A DNA stretch of 64,000 bases from a virus, in the IMG/VR virus record IMGVR_UViG_3300042893_001701, positions 5,982-69,981 of that record, one strand, 5' to 3'. This document shows, piece after piece, positions 9,589-19,162 of this stretch. The stretch's first letter is position 1, and each line of letters begins with the position of its first letter. The notes beneath the pieces were generated by a model, which was not told the origin of the DNA, made no database searches, and worked only from the letters and a program-made list of their open reading frames with translations. The position numbers and the translations under genes are program-made.

Positions 9589-10783
9589 TAGTTACTCCTT
9601 TCTTTATCTCAGCCAGATATAACAACCCAATTGATCGACGACTAATCAGGTTTGTCATTAACTGTGTATCCATAAAGACATTACTATAGTCTATTGCTAA
9701 AGGTACTTGTAATAGTAGAGGTGCAATTTTAGACACAGCGTTAATGATTATCCAGAAAGGATCTTGTTGGTAAGAAGAAACTGCTGTGACTGTAATAAGA
9801 ATTGCAAACAAGAATGTATTCACAACTGTCCAAAGAACTTTAGTACCTGCATCACGTACAACTCGACGTTCGTTACTATTAATAAGAGAGTAACTATCTA
9901 CACTTACACCTTCATTGTCACTTCCGTTATAAACAAACATAGGACTTATGTATTTAAAATATTTAACATAACCATCAATAACGTACTCAACAATGTAATC
10001 ATCTTCTAGTAGTTGTAGTAGTCTTTCTTTTTTTCTTAAGTAACTCCATTCTTTCCATGAAAGTTTTCCTAAGTTTTTAAGAACAACAGATGCTTCGTCT
10101 TTATTAACTTTAAGTTTATCAAAGTATGGTTTAAGTTTTTTTCGTATATGATAGTTTGCTTTGCGTTCTATTTTGTCAATTTTAAATTTAACATTAATTT
10201 TATGTTGTTGTATTTTACGGAAGCGATTAAAGATATCATGTATCCACGGTTCAAACGTAACTGGGTCTAAATGTTTTTCTGTCATCTCATCTACTTCTTT
10301 ACTTAAGTCAACAAACTTTTTGTACTTTTCTTTTGATAATGTCACAAGATAGTTAAATAAACTATAAAATAATATAATTGCGGAACCTAATGAAATTGTT
10401 GTTGTAATGTACCAGAATGGATACTCAAAGAAAAACTTAGTGTTGACTTGAACTTTAAAGTTAGCAGGAATTTCTACTTCAAACGGATTTGTTCCAGGGT
10501 TTACAATAACGTAGTTAGCAACGTATAAGTTAATTGCCTGTTCTGAATACCACGTAATACGGTAGTTAACGTTTTCTTCTTTCATTGTAAGGTATTCACC
10601 ATACGTTGTATCAACAGCTCCGACTGTATACTGTGCTTGACCTTCAATAACAGGAAGCACACCGTTAATGCCTAGAACAACAAGTAATGAAAGTAATAGA
10701 AAAATAACGCTACGTGACTTTTTATTTGTAAGTACGTTGCTTGTACGTTCTATTAAAGCTTCAATCTTTGTTTGTTCTGGCAT
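9572..10783 (-). CDS. Multi-pass membrane protein with large basic soluble loop
   Basis: About 4 hydrophobic segments flanking a Lys-rich region. Confidence 0.75.
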   Translation of the reverse strand: MPEQTKIEALIERTSNVLTNKKSRSVIFLLLSLLVVLGINGVLPVIEGQAQYTVGAVDTTYGEYLTMKEENVNYRITWYSEQAINLYVANYVIVNPGTNPFEVEIPANFKVQVNTKFFFEYPFWYITTTISLGSAIILFYSLFNYLVTLSKEKYKKFVDLSKEVDEMTEKHLDPVTFEPWIHDIFNRFRKIQQHKINVKFKIDKIERKANYHIRKKLKPYFDKLKVNKDEASVVLKNLGKLSWKEWSYLRKKERLLQLLEDDYIVEYVIDGYVKYFKYISPMFVYNGSDNEGVSVDSYSLINSNERRVVRDAGTKVLWTVVNTFLFAILITVTAVSSYQQDPFWIIINAVSKIAPLLLQVPLAIDYSNVFMDTQLMTNLISRRSIGLLYLAEIKKGVTNAKTN

Positions 10784-10784
10784 A

Positions 10785-11018
10785 TTAAATATCCGTTAAA
10801 GTAAACGTTACCTTTTTAATTAATGCGTATTGTTCGTCGCGTTCTTTTAAATCAGTATACGTAGCAGTAATTGGTTCGCGAACATCTGCTAACCAAACTG
10901 TTAAAGCAAATGCTTCAGGTGTTTGCAGTGTAGCAGGAATTGTAATCTTACCAAACGCTACAACAGACCTACTATCAATTGCGACATCTTTTAATTCAAC
11001 GAATCTAATTTGTTCCAT
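10785..11018 (-). CDS. Hypothetical protein
   Basis: RBS GGAGGT; tightly packed with neighbours. Confidence 0.7.
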   Translation of the reverse strand: MEQIRFVELKDVAIDSRSVVAFGKITIPATLQTPEAFALTVWLADVREPITATYTDLKERDEQYALIKKVTFTLTDI

Positions 11019-11031
11019 ATTTATTTACCTC

Positions 11032-11466
11032 CTAAATGTGGATGACATATTCTATTTGAACGTCTTTACTTTTTATAACTTTAGCTTTAATAAATTTAGC
11101 TAGTGTTTGCATTCGTTTATTTTCTAAGTGGACAACAAAGTGTATAGGTCGCATGTACATTTTTAACTGAATAATCATTTCCAGTAATACAGGCAGTGAT
11201 CCTAAGCGATGTTTCGGGTCTACATACATTTCAGTAATAAATAATTCACTGTCATTATTTAAATCAAAACTTGTAAACCCAATTAGTTTTCCTTCTTCAT
11301 TAAGAAGCATAACGCATTGCCCTTTAATAACTTTATAATGTAAGTTTGTTAATTTTACAAAGAATTGTTCGTTATCAAAGAATAAGAATTTTTTATCTTC
11401 TTGAGACATTTGATTAAACATTTCTATAACTTTATATAAGTCAGGGTGACTACTATAATATATCAT
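11032..11466 (-). CDS. GNAT-family acetyltransferase
   Basis: GKLIGF...LFITEMYVDPKHR (motif A) and VHLENKRM (motif B Asn). Confidence 0.75.
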   Translation of the reverse strand: MIYYSSHPDLYKVIEMFNQMSQEDKKFLFFDNEQFFVKLTNLHYKVIKGQCVMLLNEEGKLIGFTSFDLNNDSELFITEMYVDPKHRLGSLPVLLEMIIQLKMYMRPIHFVVHLENKRMQTLAKFIKAKVIKSKDVQIEYVIHI

Positions 11467-11777
11467 CCGATGCTAGGGTCCCATCCACCATCATCATCCT
11501 CGTAAGGATTTTCAGGTTCTTGTACTTCGTATGAATCATCGTCTTCTACATTACCGAATTCATCTATGTTTATTTCTTTAATGTTATTAACTTCAACATC
11601 TCTCATCGTTACTACAGTTTTACCTGTTTGACATTTCCGACAGAAATAAATATCAATAACTTTATTTAAACCCTGTATGTTACTATTTAGTAATGTTAGC
11701 GACGTGTTGCCACACTTGTCACATTTTAAGGGTTCCATCATCTTTAAGAGGTACCTCCTCTCTAACTTCTTTAGCAA
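11463..11777 (-). CDS. Zn-ribbon protein with acidic tail (start may be downstream at MMEPLK)
   Basis: CDKC...CRKC pair; D/E-rich C-terminus. Confidence 0.65.
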   Translation of the reverse strand: MLKKLERRYLLKMMEPLKCDKCGNTSLTLLNSNIQGLNKVIDIYFCRKCQTGKTVVTMRDVEVNNIKEINIDEFGNVEDDDSYEVQEPENPYEDDDGGWDPSIG

Positions 11778-12207
11778 TATCTTCGATAAAGCGTTTGTGG
11801 TCTGCTACTTCTTCAGGTTTCATTTCTGTAACTGTAGTTTGTTGGTATTTAATTGCTTCTCCAATAAACTCAACATCAGGAAATAAATCTTTTAATGTGT
11901 TGTTAAATACATCTGCAACAGCTTGATAGACTGCTTTGCGTGTAACATATAACGCATTATCATTTTTTTCATCTTTAAAAATATATACTTTAGCTTCAAC
12001 TTCAGCTTTTGTTGCAGGTCGCAGTACAGGCAAGTCAGCTAAGATTGCAGTCAATCCAACTTTGACACTGCTAAGCATGACGTTTAAATAAGGTTTAATA
12101 TCTGTCATCACACCACGTTTTTGTTTGGGAACAATACGTGCTTCTAATTCACCTTTAACCATGTCTGCAGTAAACGAGAGTTTAATTACGTCTGTCTTTT
12201 TTGGCAT
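11719..12207 (-). CDS. Hypothetical protein
   Basis: RBS AAGGAGG with an upstream extended -10. Confidence 0.75.
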   Translation of the reverse strand: MPKKTDVIKLSFTADMVKGELEARIVPKQKRGVMTDIKPYLNVMLSSVKVGLTAILADLPVLRPATKAEVEAKVYIFKDEKNDNALYVTRKAVYQAVADVFNNTLKDLFPDVEFIGEAIKYQQTTVTEMKPEEVADHKRFIEDIAKEVREEVPLKDDGTLKM

Positions 12208-12228
12208 AAAGCCTCCTTGGTTTTCTTA

Positions 12229-12237
12229 AGTATATCA
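12229..12237 (-). promoter_or_regulatory. Extended -10 promoter (TGATATACT)
   Basis: Lies between the portal terminator and the next RBS. Confidence 0.5.
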
Positions 12238-12245
12238 TACCATAT

Positions 12246-12276
12246 AAAAAACACAAGATGTGTATATCTTGTGTTC
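12246..12276 (-). terminator. Intrinsic terminator after portal
   Basis: ACACAAGAT/ATCTTGTGT 9-bp stem followed by a T6 run on the minus strand. Confidence 0.7.
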
Positions 12277-12299
12277 TTTGTGTAAACTTTTACAATTGT

Positions 12300-14036
12300 C
12301 TACTTAAAGCCTTGTCCCATTTGTGGGTCTTGCTGGATAGCATTCTTTTCTTCAATTAAAATTGTAATAGCTTGTTGAGCTGCTTGTTCTTCCGATAATC
12401 CTTGTGATAGCAATCTACTAAAGATAGAGGCGAAGTTTGTAAGATCAGCAACTAATGTTTCTGCTGTACTATCTTGAGCTTCTTTTTCTAAGCGTTGTAA
12501 GAATAAGTCTTTTTGTGGGAAGTCCGAGTATTTAAGCAAATCTTGTGGAGTAATAATTTGTGGTTTAATTTGATACTGTGCTTGCATTTCGTACAAAGCT
12601 TTAGCTGAATCAAACAAGTTAGCTTGGTTCATTGGCAGTAATGTAGAAGCAGCAATATTATAATCAAACTTCATGCCACGCTCACGCAATACATCGAATT
12701 GAATTTTACGTTGCTCAATTATTTTATTAGTTCCAGTAGCAGATAACTTTGGCACAGTATATGTTTTATCGCCACCATATGCAAAGTAATATTCAAGTAC
12801 TAGCTTAGTTAAATCTTCACAAAATTCTTCAAGTAAAGTAATACGTGAGTTATCTGTTAGCATTGTTACACGCGCTTGGAAAGCTTGAGTAGCACCAGTA
12901 GTTTGAATACTATTTGTCATACGACCTTTATAGTAAGGATCTACACCAGTAACTTGAAAAATAGAATTTTCTAAACGTTGTTTAATGTTGCTAAGATCTG
13001 GAATAACAGGAACATCTACGTAGTAAACTAAATTACGTGGGTCACCTTTTGTTTCAAACGAAGCTCCAGGTGTACCACCGTAGTCAGCAAACGAGCGCAT
13101 ATTAATTCGGCCGTCAGTATTAACAAAGCGTACGCGATTAAGTACACGGTACGGTTGTGTAGCTTCCATTGAGTCAAGCATGTTAAGAGCAACAACTGTG
13201 TTAAGAATCTTAGTTAACTTAGAGTTTCCATAGGGATTACCGTCTGGGCGTTGTGGAGTAAACACAACGACAGGAAAACGTTTAAGCGGAATGTTTATAT
13301 TTTCATAAATAATTGTATCTTCATTCAACATAAATATTTGATCAATACTGCCGTTTTCATTACGCATAAAACATTCGACTAAAGACACAGTGCGATTGTT
13401 AGTAATGGTATAATTTTCATAACCAGCAATACGATTGTTAGCAGTTTTATCACTCATAACGCCTTTATACTTTTCCATAAACTCTTTAACCCCATCTTTA
13501 AAGTCAGGGTTGTTGACTAAAGTATCAATGTTAACGGCACGTTCAATAAAAATTGCTTCACCTTCTTTATAAGAATCAACACTAGGATCAAAGTAAAGTT
13601 CTTGGGGAGATACTGCTTTTAATTTAATATGTCCTTTAGCACTGTCCCAGTCAACACGCATAGCACCGACGTTATATAACTCAGCGTTTTCGCCGACGTG
13701 TAAGAATTTATTTTTCATTCCCCACTTACTCCAGTTGTAAGCAATAAACGCATTAAGATCTTGCACTGTTTTTTCATCTTGAATATATCGTGGAGTTAAC
13801 GTACCAATAAATGAACCACTATAAATAGAGTTCATATAACCTTGAACAACATATTCAAAGTAGTTCCAGTCTGGTGTAATACTGTATTCTTTTAAATTCT
13901 TTTTAAAGTATGCCCAAAATTCGCCTTTGTATAATGAGCGAATTAAACGCCACTCGCGTAGTTGTCCTTGTTTATATGAACGAAACTCATCAAACTTTTG
14001 TTTAATCTTATAAATGTCGTAGGTAAACTTAGGCAT
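12300..14036 (-). CDS. Portal protein (podovirus/P22-like)
   Basis: 578 aa, two genes downstream of TerL; 'VSPQELYFDP', 'RFPVV...GNPYGNS' and 'QVTGV...GR...TTGA' patterns; Gln-rich C-terminus. Confidence 0.8.
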   Translation of the reverse strand: MPKFTYDIYKIKQKFDEFRSYKQGQLREWRLIRSLYKGEFWAYFKKNLKEYSITPDWNYFEYVVQGYMNSIYSGSFIGTLTPRYIQDEKTVQDLNAFIAYNWSKWGMKNKFLHVGENAELYNVGAMRVDWDSAKGHIKLKAVSPQELYFDPSVDSYKEGEAIFIERAVNIDTLVNNPDFKDGVKEFMEKYKGVMSDKTANNRIAGYENYTITNNRTVSLVECFMRNENGSIDQIFMLNEDTIIYENINIPLKRFPVVVFTPQRPDGNPYGNSKLTKILNTVVALNMLDSMEATQPYRVLNRVRFVNTDGRINMRSFADYGGTPGASFETKGDPRNLVYYVDVPVIPDLSNIKQRLENSIFQVTGVDPYYKGRMTNSIQTTGATQAFQARVTMLTDNSRITLLEEFCEDLTKLVLEYYFAYGGDKTYTVPKLSATGTNKIIEQRKIQFDVLRERGMKFDYNIAASTLLPMNQANLFDSAKALYEMQAQYQIKPQIITPQDLLKYSDFPQKDLFLQRLEKEAQDSTAETLVADLTNFASIFSRLLSQGLSEEQAAQQAITILIEEKNAIQQDPQMGQGFK

Positions 14037-14467
14037 TATTGTTTACCTTCTTTCTTTTTAGGTGGCTCTGGCATAACCGGACCATCCATAATATCTTCAA
14101 AGGTTTTAGCAATTGCTTCATTTTGACGTTGTGTGCTTTGGATAATTGCTTCTTCAATTTGTTTTTGACGAATGCGTTCTTTTTTAGCAATGTCTTCTTT
14201 TTGTTGTTCACTTAATTCTTCTTGTTCTGTTTCAGGATTATCTCCTAAAGTATTATGTTTAGCAGCGTCAATGATTGCTTGAATAGGTGCAGTGATGTCT
14301 CCGTCATTGTCTAATTCTTTACTTCGGGAGCCACGCACCGAGCGGTTTGTTGAAGTTATCTTCTTCACTGGACGTTTCATCAGTTTCATCAAATACACTA
14401 CTTGCAAAGACAACACGATCGTTACCAGTATAAGTGAGATTGTTACCATAGCTATCAGAATTTCCAT
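14036..14467 (-). CDS. Membrane-anchored charged protein
   Basis: N-terminal TM helix; RBS AAAGGAG; overlaps the TerL 3' end by 149 bp. Confidence 0.65.
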   Translation of the reverse strand: MEILIAMVTISLILVTIVLSLQVVYLMKLMKRPVKKITSTNRSVRGSRSKELDNDGDITAPIQAIIDAAKHNTLGDNPETEQEELSEQQKEDIAKKERIRQKQIEEAIIQSTQRQNEAIAKTFEDIMDGPVMPEPPKKKEGKQ

Positions 14468-16187
14468 TAGTTGTATTCTCCTTTAATGGGTCATAATAAG
14501 TCGGGGTCTTTTTAATTATAACATTTTTTTGTTTATCATGAACGAAACTTTTTCCACTAGGTAAATATACATTAAGTTTTAATTCTTGTAAATTGTGTGG
14601 AAGTTCTACAACAATAAACTCTAATGCAGTAATACCGTGGTCTCGTCCGTCTTCTGGTTTACCAGTAGGTGCTCCGCTTTTATCTAATTGAAATTTATAG
14701 TTGAGTGCTTCATCAATTAAAAACTCACAAGTAGAATAAACTTCTATTTGACTGTGGTTAAGTAACGAATTCATTTTAATAATACGTGCGTCATGGGTAG
14801 CAAACGAAGGTTCAAAATATAAACCTTCATCTTCAAACATACTTCCGATCGTCACAAGATTACTTTCACGCTTACTGTAACTACGTCCGTCAAACTTAGG
14901 CATCATAAGTAGTCCATCTAGGTCAGTTCCGTTAATTTTTGTGGCTTTTCGGTACTCTTTAGCCAGGGTTTTGATGTCAGAATTATTAACCCGGAGCTCA
15001 TCATATACGTACAATTTTTTGGTTTCTGTGGAAAAAGCACCATAAACTATGTGAGTCGGGTCGTTTATTCCATAGTCTACACCTATAACGTAGTACAAAA
15101 CCCGCTTACCACTTTCATCGAAAGCTCTTGGCAACGGATGTGGTGCTACAATACACACCCCAAAGTTAGGAAAGACTAGATTACTTGAGAAGTTAAACGA
15201 ACCTTTATAAAACTGTTGGATATAAGCTTTAGATTTTCCACGCGTTTGTTCTTCTTCATAGGTTGCAGGTAAAAATGGGTTAGCACTTGTAGAAATAATC
15301 TGTGTATATTTTTGTGGATCTCGTTCTTTGTTAAACTTATAGCCTTCGTTATAAGCGTCTCCATAAAATTCTACCGTTGCAGAATCTAAAAGAAACTTTG
15401 ACTTAACCCAACCTGAGTCTGGATTTGTTTCAAGATTAATGTGGCGTGTATCAACACGGTACTTAGGTTTATAAACTTGTTGGTTTGGATCCCACTGCAT
15501 TTGTGGCTGTCCGTCTGCGTTTACTTCTGGAATCATCGCTGCTGTATTACGGATACGAGATTGTAACATGGTAAATGCACCGTACTGTACATCTGATGAT
15601 TCAACAATAACTGCCATCGTTAAGTTAATTGATTTAAGTTTTGTTTCATCATCGAAAGAACGAAACAATATTTCAGAACCATTAGTAAGTTGTAGTTCGT
15701 GCTTTTGATCGTTCTTACGTCGAACAAGTTTTGTAGGAAAAATACTATAAAACTCTTTAACAAACGTAGCTTCTAACGCTGGGTATGTTCGTGCAGTCAC
15801 TGCAACACGTGCTCCAGGTATTAACAGAATGTGTTTAATGACATCTTCAATATTAGCACGAGACTTACCTGAACCGTAACCACCTGCTGTCATCTTATAA
15901 CGTTCGCGTCTACGAAGAAACATGGCTTGATATGCTGTAGGTTTAAATGTATTAATAAGCGTTCCACATTGTGGACATTCTTTAAAGCTCAAACTTTCAC
16001 TGCCGTTAATTGCTTTAGCTGCAACTAAAGGTTTGTTACAACGTGGACAGTGTTGAATATTATCAACACGAATAATTTGTGGCTTAGCTTCTTCTACTGA
16101 CGGAACAATCGCAGGCTGAACAACATCAAACACTTCGCCAGTGTCTTGATCAATAAATCGTTGCGTATCAAGAATTGACTTTGGCAT
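14319..16187 (-). CDS. terL: Terminase large subunit
   Basis: Q-motif PTAYQ, Walker A GGYGSGKS, 'LETNP' coupling motif, RNase H-like nuclease GVDYG...DH; extra N-terminal CPRC/CPQC. Confidence 0.9.
   Translation of the reverse strand: MPKSILDTQRFIDQDTGEVFDVVQPAIVPSVEEAKPQIIRVDNIQHCPRCNKPLVAAKAINGSESLSFKECPQCGTLINTFKPTAYQAMFLRRRERYKMTAGGYGSGKSRANIEDVIKHILLIPGARVAVTARTYPALEATFVKEFYSIFPTKLVRRKNDQKHELQLTNGSEILFRSFDDETKLKSINLTMAVIVESSDVQYGAFTMLQSRIRNTAAMIPEVNADGQPQMQWDPNQQVYKPKYRVDTRHINLETNPDSGWVKSKFLLDSATVEFYGDAYNEGYKFNKERDPQKYTQIISTSANPFLPATYEEEQTRGKSKAYIQQFYKGSFNFSSNLVFPNFGVCIVAPHPLPRAFDESGKRVLYYVIGVDYGINDPTHIVYGAFSTETKKLYVYDELRVNNSDIKTLAKEYRKATKINGTDLDGLLMMPKFDGRSYSKRESNLVTIGSMFEDEGLYFEPSFATHDARIIKMNSLLNHSQIEVYSTCEFLIDEALNYKFQLDKSGAPTGKPEDGRDHGITALEFIVVELPHNLQELKLNVYLPSGKSFVHDKQKNVIIKKTPTYYDPLKENTTNGNSDSYGNNLTYTGNDRVVFASSVFDETDETSSEEDNFNKPLGAWLPK
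14515..14523 (-). promoter_or_regulatory. Possible extended -10 promoter (TGTTATAAT) inside the TerL 3' end
   Basis: About 48 nt upstream of the 14467 start and the portal unit. Confidence 0.4.
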
Positions 16188-16188
16188 A

Positions 16189-16623
16189 TTATAATCCTGG
16201 CTTTTTATTTTCTGGAACGTTAGGTAAAAATTCTGCTTCTTCAGAAGTTAAAGGCGTTTGAATATAAATGTATTGCACAGGCGTAGCAAAACTAGGACGG
16301 TGATCATCACGGTATTTAATCGCCGCGTTTAGTTTAGTAGCATCCGCCATTCCAACATGCACACCGTCTTTCATATACTTATTCACAATAATCCCTGCTT
16401 GAGTATAAATAATACGGTCGATGTAATCTTGAACACGGCTGTCTGCTAAAAACATTTGCCAGTCATGATACGTTGTATTTTGTCCAATAACGGTAGCAAG
16501 TTCGTGTGGATCAGAAACAAAAAGTTTATCATACGCCATCGGTACACTTTCAGCAAAGTTCCATAAGTTTACTAAGTGAATTAATTTAACTTCAGTTTTT
16601 GTAAATTGTTCTAACGCTATCAT
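16189..16623 (-). CDS. Possible terminase small subunit
   Basis: 144 aa, immediately upstream of TerL (positional only). Confidence 0.45.
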   Translation of the reverse strand: MIALEQFTKTEVKLIHLVNLWNFAESVPMAYDKLFVSDPHELATVIGQNTTYHDWQMFLADSRVQDYIDRIIYTQAGIIVNKYMKDGVHVGMADATKLNAAIKYRDDHRPSFATPVQYIYIQTPLTSEEAEFLPNVPENKKPGL

Positions 16624-17231
16624 AGTTTACCTTTCAAGTGGGGTAGGTTGATTGACATTCCCCTACGATTGGTTTCCAAAATTAAAGGAACCCTTTGTTT
16701 ATAGTATACACCTTTTGTTTTGCTCATACGATATAGTGTAAAATTTTCTATTGGATAGAATCTAGTTAGATTAATAACTTCTTGTCTAGCTTCAGCAAGA
16801 GTTGTAAAATATAATTCATGCGTACGCGCACCTTGTTTTTGAATAAGTAAAGCACCATTAAGTGTACCTTCTTTATAATTAATACCTGTAACTCCTTTTA
16901 AATTATTGAGACCAGTATGTTTTTCTAAATCAGTTATATTTTTTAGATTAACAAAAAGGTGTTGAAACGTTGATCTTAAAAAAATTAATGTATACTTTTT
17001 AAATTCATCAATAAGCCAACGATATCCATCTTCTGTTAAATAAAGTTTGTAGTTGTCATAAATACTAATATCATTATTATCCAAAGTAAAAGGCAACTTA
17101 CTGTGTAGTGCATAAGCTTTAAGCACAGCAGCAACGTTGCCTGATCTTAGTGGGTATTTTCGAATCTGCTCAGGAGTTAAGATACCAATAATTATACATT
17201 GGTCTATATACTTATCGACTAACTCTTTCAT
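16620..17231 (-). CDS. Hypothetical basic protein
   Basis: ORF coupled to both neighbours. Confidence 0.7.
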   Translation of the reverse strand: MKELVDKYIDQCIIIGILTPEQIRKYPLRSGNVAAVLKAYALHSKLPFTLDNNDISIYDNYKLYLTEDGYRWLIDEFKKYTLIFLRSTFQHLFVNLKNITDLEKHTGLNNLKGVTGINYKEGTLNGALLIQKQGARTHELYFTTLAEARQEVINLTRFYPIENFTLYRMSKTKGVYYKQRVPLILETNRRGMSINLPHLKGKL

Positions 17232-17521
17232 TACATGCCAGACATTGCTTCGTCTAAGGCTGCCATTTGGTCTGCATCTTCTTCAGTGTTTTCTTCTGCA
17301 ACAGGTTCAACGGCTGGTTCAGGAGTCATACCTGAGGAAACTACCATGGTTGTGTCTGTTAGTTCAGTAACAGTCATACCCATAGAGTTAACCATGTTTA
17401 AAACTTCAATCAATTGCATTTTATCCATTTGGCCTACTTCAACAGAAAGCATACCTTGTTCAGGCATCTCTTCGTATCCGATATCCATTCCTTGTAATGC
17501 ACTAATAATTTCTTCAAACAT
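17231..17521 (-). CDS. Acidic Met-rich protein (paralog A)
   Basis: RBS GGAGGT; very D/E- and M-rich. Confidence 0.75.
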   Translation of the reverse strand: MFEEIISALQGMDIGYEEMPEQGMLSVEVGQMDKMQLIEVLNMVNSMGMTVTELTDTTMVVSSGMTPEPAVEPVAEENTEEDADQMAALDEAMSGM

Positions 17522-17522
17522 T

Positions 17523-17999
17523 TTATTTACCTCCTTTTTCTATCATGTTATGTAGGATCGTCCTATAAGGTTCCGCCACCATTTCCATATCTTGCATATG
17601 AACATCATAGTGACCATTTTTAATTAACTCAGCGTGATACATAAACTTACCGAACGCGTCATCGTACTCTGGAATAAACTTACGAGCAAACAATTCGATT
17701 TCTAATCCTAAGGTTTCATTACCTTTGGGTTGTTCTTCTGGGTATGGCATTTCAATTGCCATTGCTATTTCAACAGGCGCTTCCATTTCAGTACCCATTG
17801 TTTCAGGGTAGACATATAAATATTTTTCATCTACAGAATATTGAACTTGCTTTTCTTCTAGGTGGTCCATCATGGATAACATTAACATTTGATCAACGTC
17901 AGTTAAATCAACGACGATTTTTTCTGGCCATTGTTCATACATTACATTCATGTCATCTAACATCATCATGAATTCATTACAGTTACTATCGTAGTGCAT
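17523..17999 (-). CDS. Acidic Met-rich protein (paralog B)
   Basis: RBS GGAGG; N-terminal half aligns by eye with 17231..17521. Confidence 0.75.
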   Translation of the reverse strand: MHYDSNCNEFMMMLDDMNVMYEQWPEKIVVDLTDVDQMLMLSMMDHLEEKQVQYSVDEKYLYVYPETMGTEMEAPVEIAMAIEMPYPEEQPKGNETLGLEIELFARKFIPEYDDAFGKFMYHAELIKNGHYDVHMQDMEMVAEPYRTILHNMIEKGGK

Positions 18000-18020
18000 C
18001 CGTTATCCTCCACATTTTTA

Positions 18021-18029
18021 AGTATATCA
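18021..18029 (-). promoter_or_regulatory. Extended -10 promoter (TGATATACT)
   Basis: Directly upstream of the RBS of the 17999 ORF. Confidence 0.5.
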
Positions 18030-18380
18030 TAAATCTTCTTTTAAAAGATTACGTTCTACTTCAATTAGTATACTACCAATTTTTATAAACTTGTCACATA
18101 TTTTTTTAACATGGTCAAGTTCATCATCATTGGTTACTAAAAAGTATCGATGTGGATTTGAACCCATCAAGTATTCTTTCCACCATGCTTGTAGTGGTGC
18201 TAGGTCGTAATAACTGGTACCTTTGAACTCAACATAAATAGTACCGCCGCCTTTAGGCAGTTGGAGAAAACGATCTGGAAAACCTTTCGAGGTCATCACA
18301 GGACCTTTGATAGCAACAATCTCTTTGGACTGGCACCATCTTACAAAGTCTGCTTCAAGTCGTTTTTCAACTGTGCTCAC
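18027..18380 (-). CDS. VRR-NUC domain nuclease (Holliday junction resolvase-like)
   Basis: EKRLE...GFPDR...YVEFKG...LAPLQ PD-(D/E)XK pattern; GTG start. Confidence 0.8.
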   Translation of the reverse strand: MSTVEKRLEADFVRWCQSKEIVAIKGPVMTSKGFPDRFLQLPKGGGTIYVEFKGTSYYDLAPLQAWWKEYLMGSNPHRYFLVTNDDELDHVKKICDKFIKIGSILIEVERNLLKEDL

Positions 18381-18832
18381 TACTCAATAATACCATTTTT
18401 TCGTAAGGTATCAATTGTGCCTTTATATAAGTCACGTTGTTCTTGTAGATGAGCGTTATCAGTTTTAAGTTCTCGGATTTGTTTACTGGCGTTATTAAGA
18501 ACAGCAAACATCATTAAGAACAAGTCACGTGTGATGACATGTGCGCGTTCACCTGCGCTATTAATAAACTGGTTGCCATAATTTGCACGGGTACCCTTTT
18601 CAACAATGCAGTACCGACGCTTGTTACTGTTGGCAACTGAGGTTTCGCATTCCATTAATTGAAATGTGGTAGCATCAAGGTTTACTTTTTCTGTACCTGG
18701 CTTAGAAACAACCATCCCAACTGTAGCATGACCAACAGGTTGTTCAGGATTGACTGCTGTATTATCTAATGTTGCGTTACGTTTTTCTTCTGTAAGCTGT
18801 TTGATACGTGCATTAATATCATTGAATGGCAT
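18380..18832 (-). CDS. Hypothetical coiled-coil protein (probable start MPFNDIN at 18832)
   Basis: ORF; start reassigned to avoid overlap with MazG. Confidence 0.65.
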   Translation of the reverse strand: MPFNDINARIKQLTEEKRNATLDNTAVNPEQPVGHATVGMVVSKPGTEKVNLDATTFQLMECETSVANSNKRRYCIVEKGTRANYGNQFINSAGERAHVITRDLFLMMFAVLNNASKQIRELKTDNAHLQEQRDLYKGTIDTLRKNGIIE

Positions 18833-18833
18833 A

Positions 18834-19160
18834 TTATAATTTCTTTCCGTGTTTATATGGACGGGTAATATTGTACTGGTGTTTTTCAATCACAGCTTTT
18901 TCCATGTCGATACCAAAGTATTCGCAGAGATCTAAGACACGAATGATTACATCCGCTAATTCAGCTGGTACGCCTTCTGGCTTGCCGTCTTCTTGGTAGT
19001 AGGCGTAGGTCGGTGCATAACCTTTACGAACTTCTTCTAAGGCTTCGGACAGTTCACTATGTACGAGAGCAATCAATTCTGGAAGCTCTCTATGTTTTTC
19101 CCACCAGCCATGTTCTTTGGCATTGTGGTGAATCATTTCTTGGAGTTGTTTAAGGTTCAT
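18834..19160 (-). CDS. MazG-like NTP pyrophosphohydrolase
   Basis: HSELSEALE...ELADVIIR...RPYKHGK. Confidence 0.85.
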   Translation of the reverse strand: MNLKQLQEMIHHNAKEHGWWEKHRELPELIALVHSELSEALEEVRKGYAPTYAYYQEDGKPEGVPAELADVIIRVLDLCEYFGIDMEKAVIEKHQYNITRPYKHGKKL

Positions 19161-19162
19161 AT

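Noticed and set aside
14029-14211. 60-aa alternate-frame ORF suggesting a frameshift into portal
   Set aside because: No clear slippery site or RBS; the portal start is explained by TAATG coupling.
18834-19160. MazG-like gene as evidence of a modified-base (e.g. dZ) pathway
   Set aside because: No PurZ or other base-modification genes were recognised in the window.
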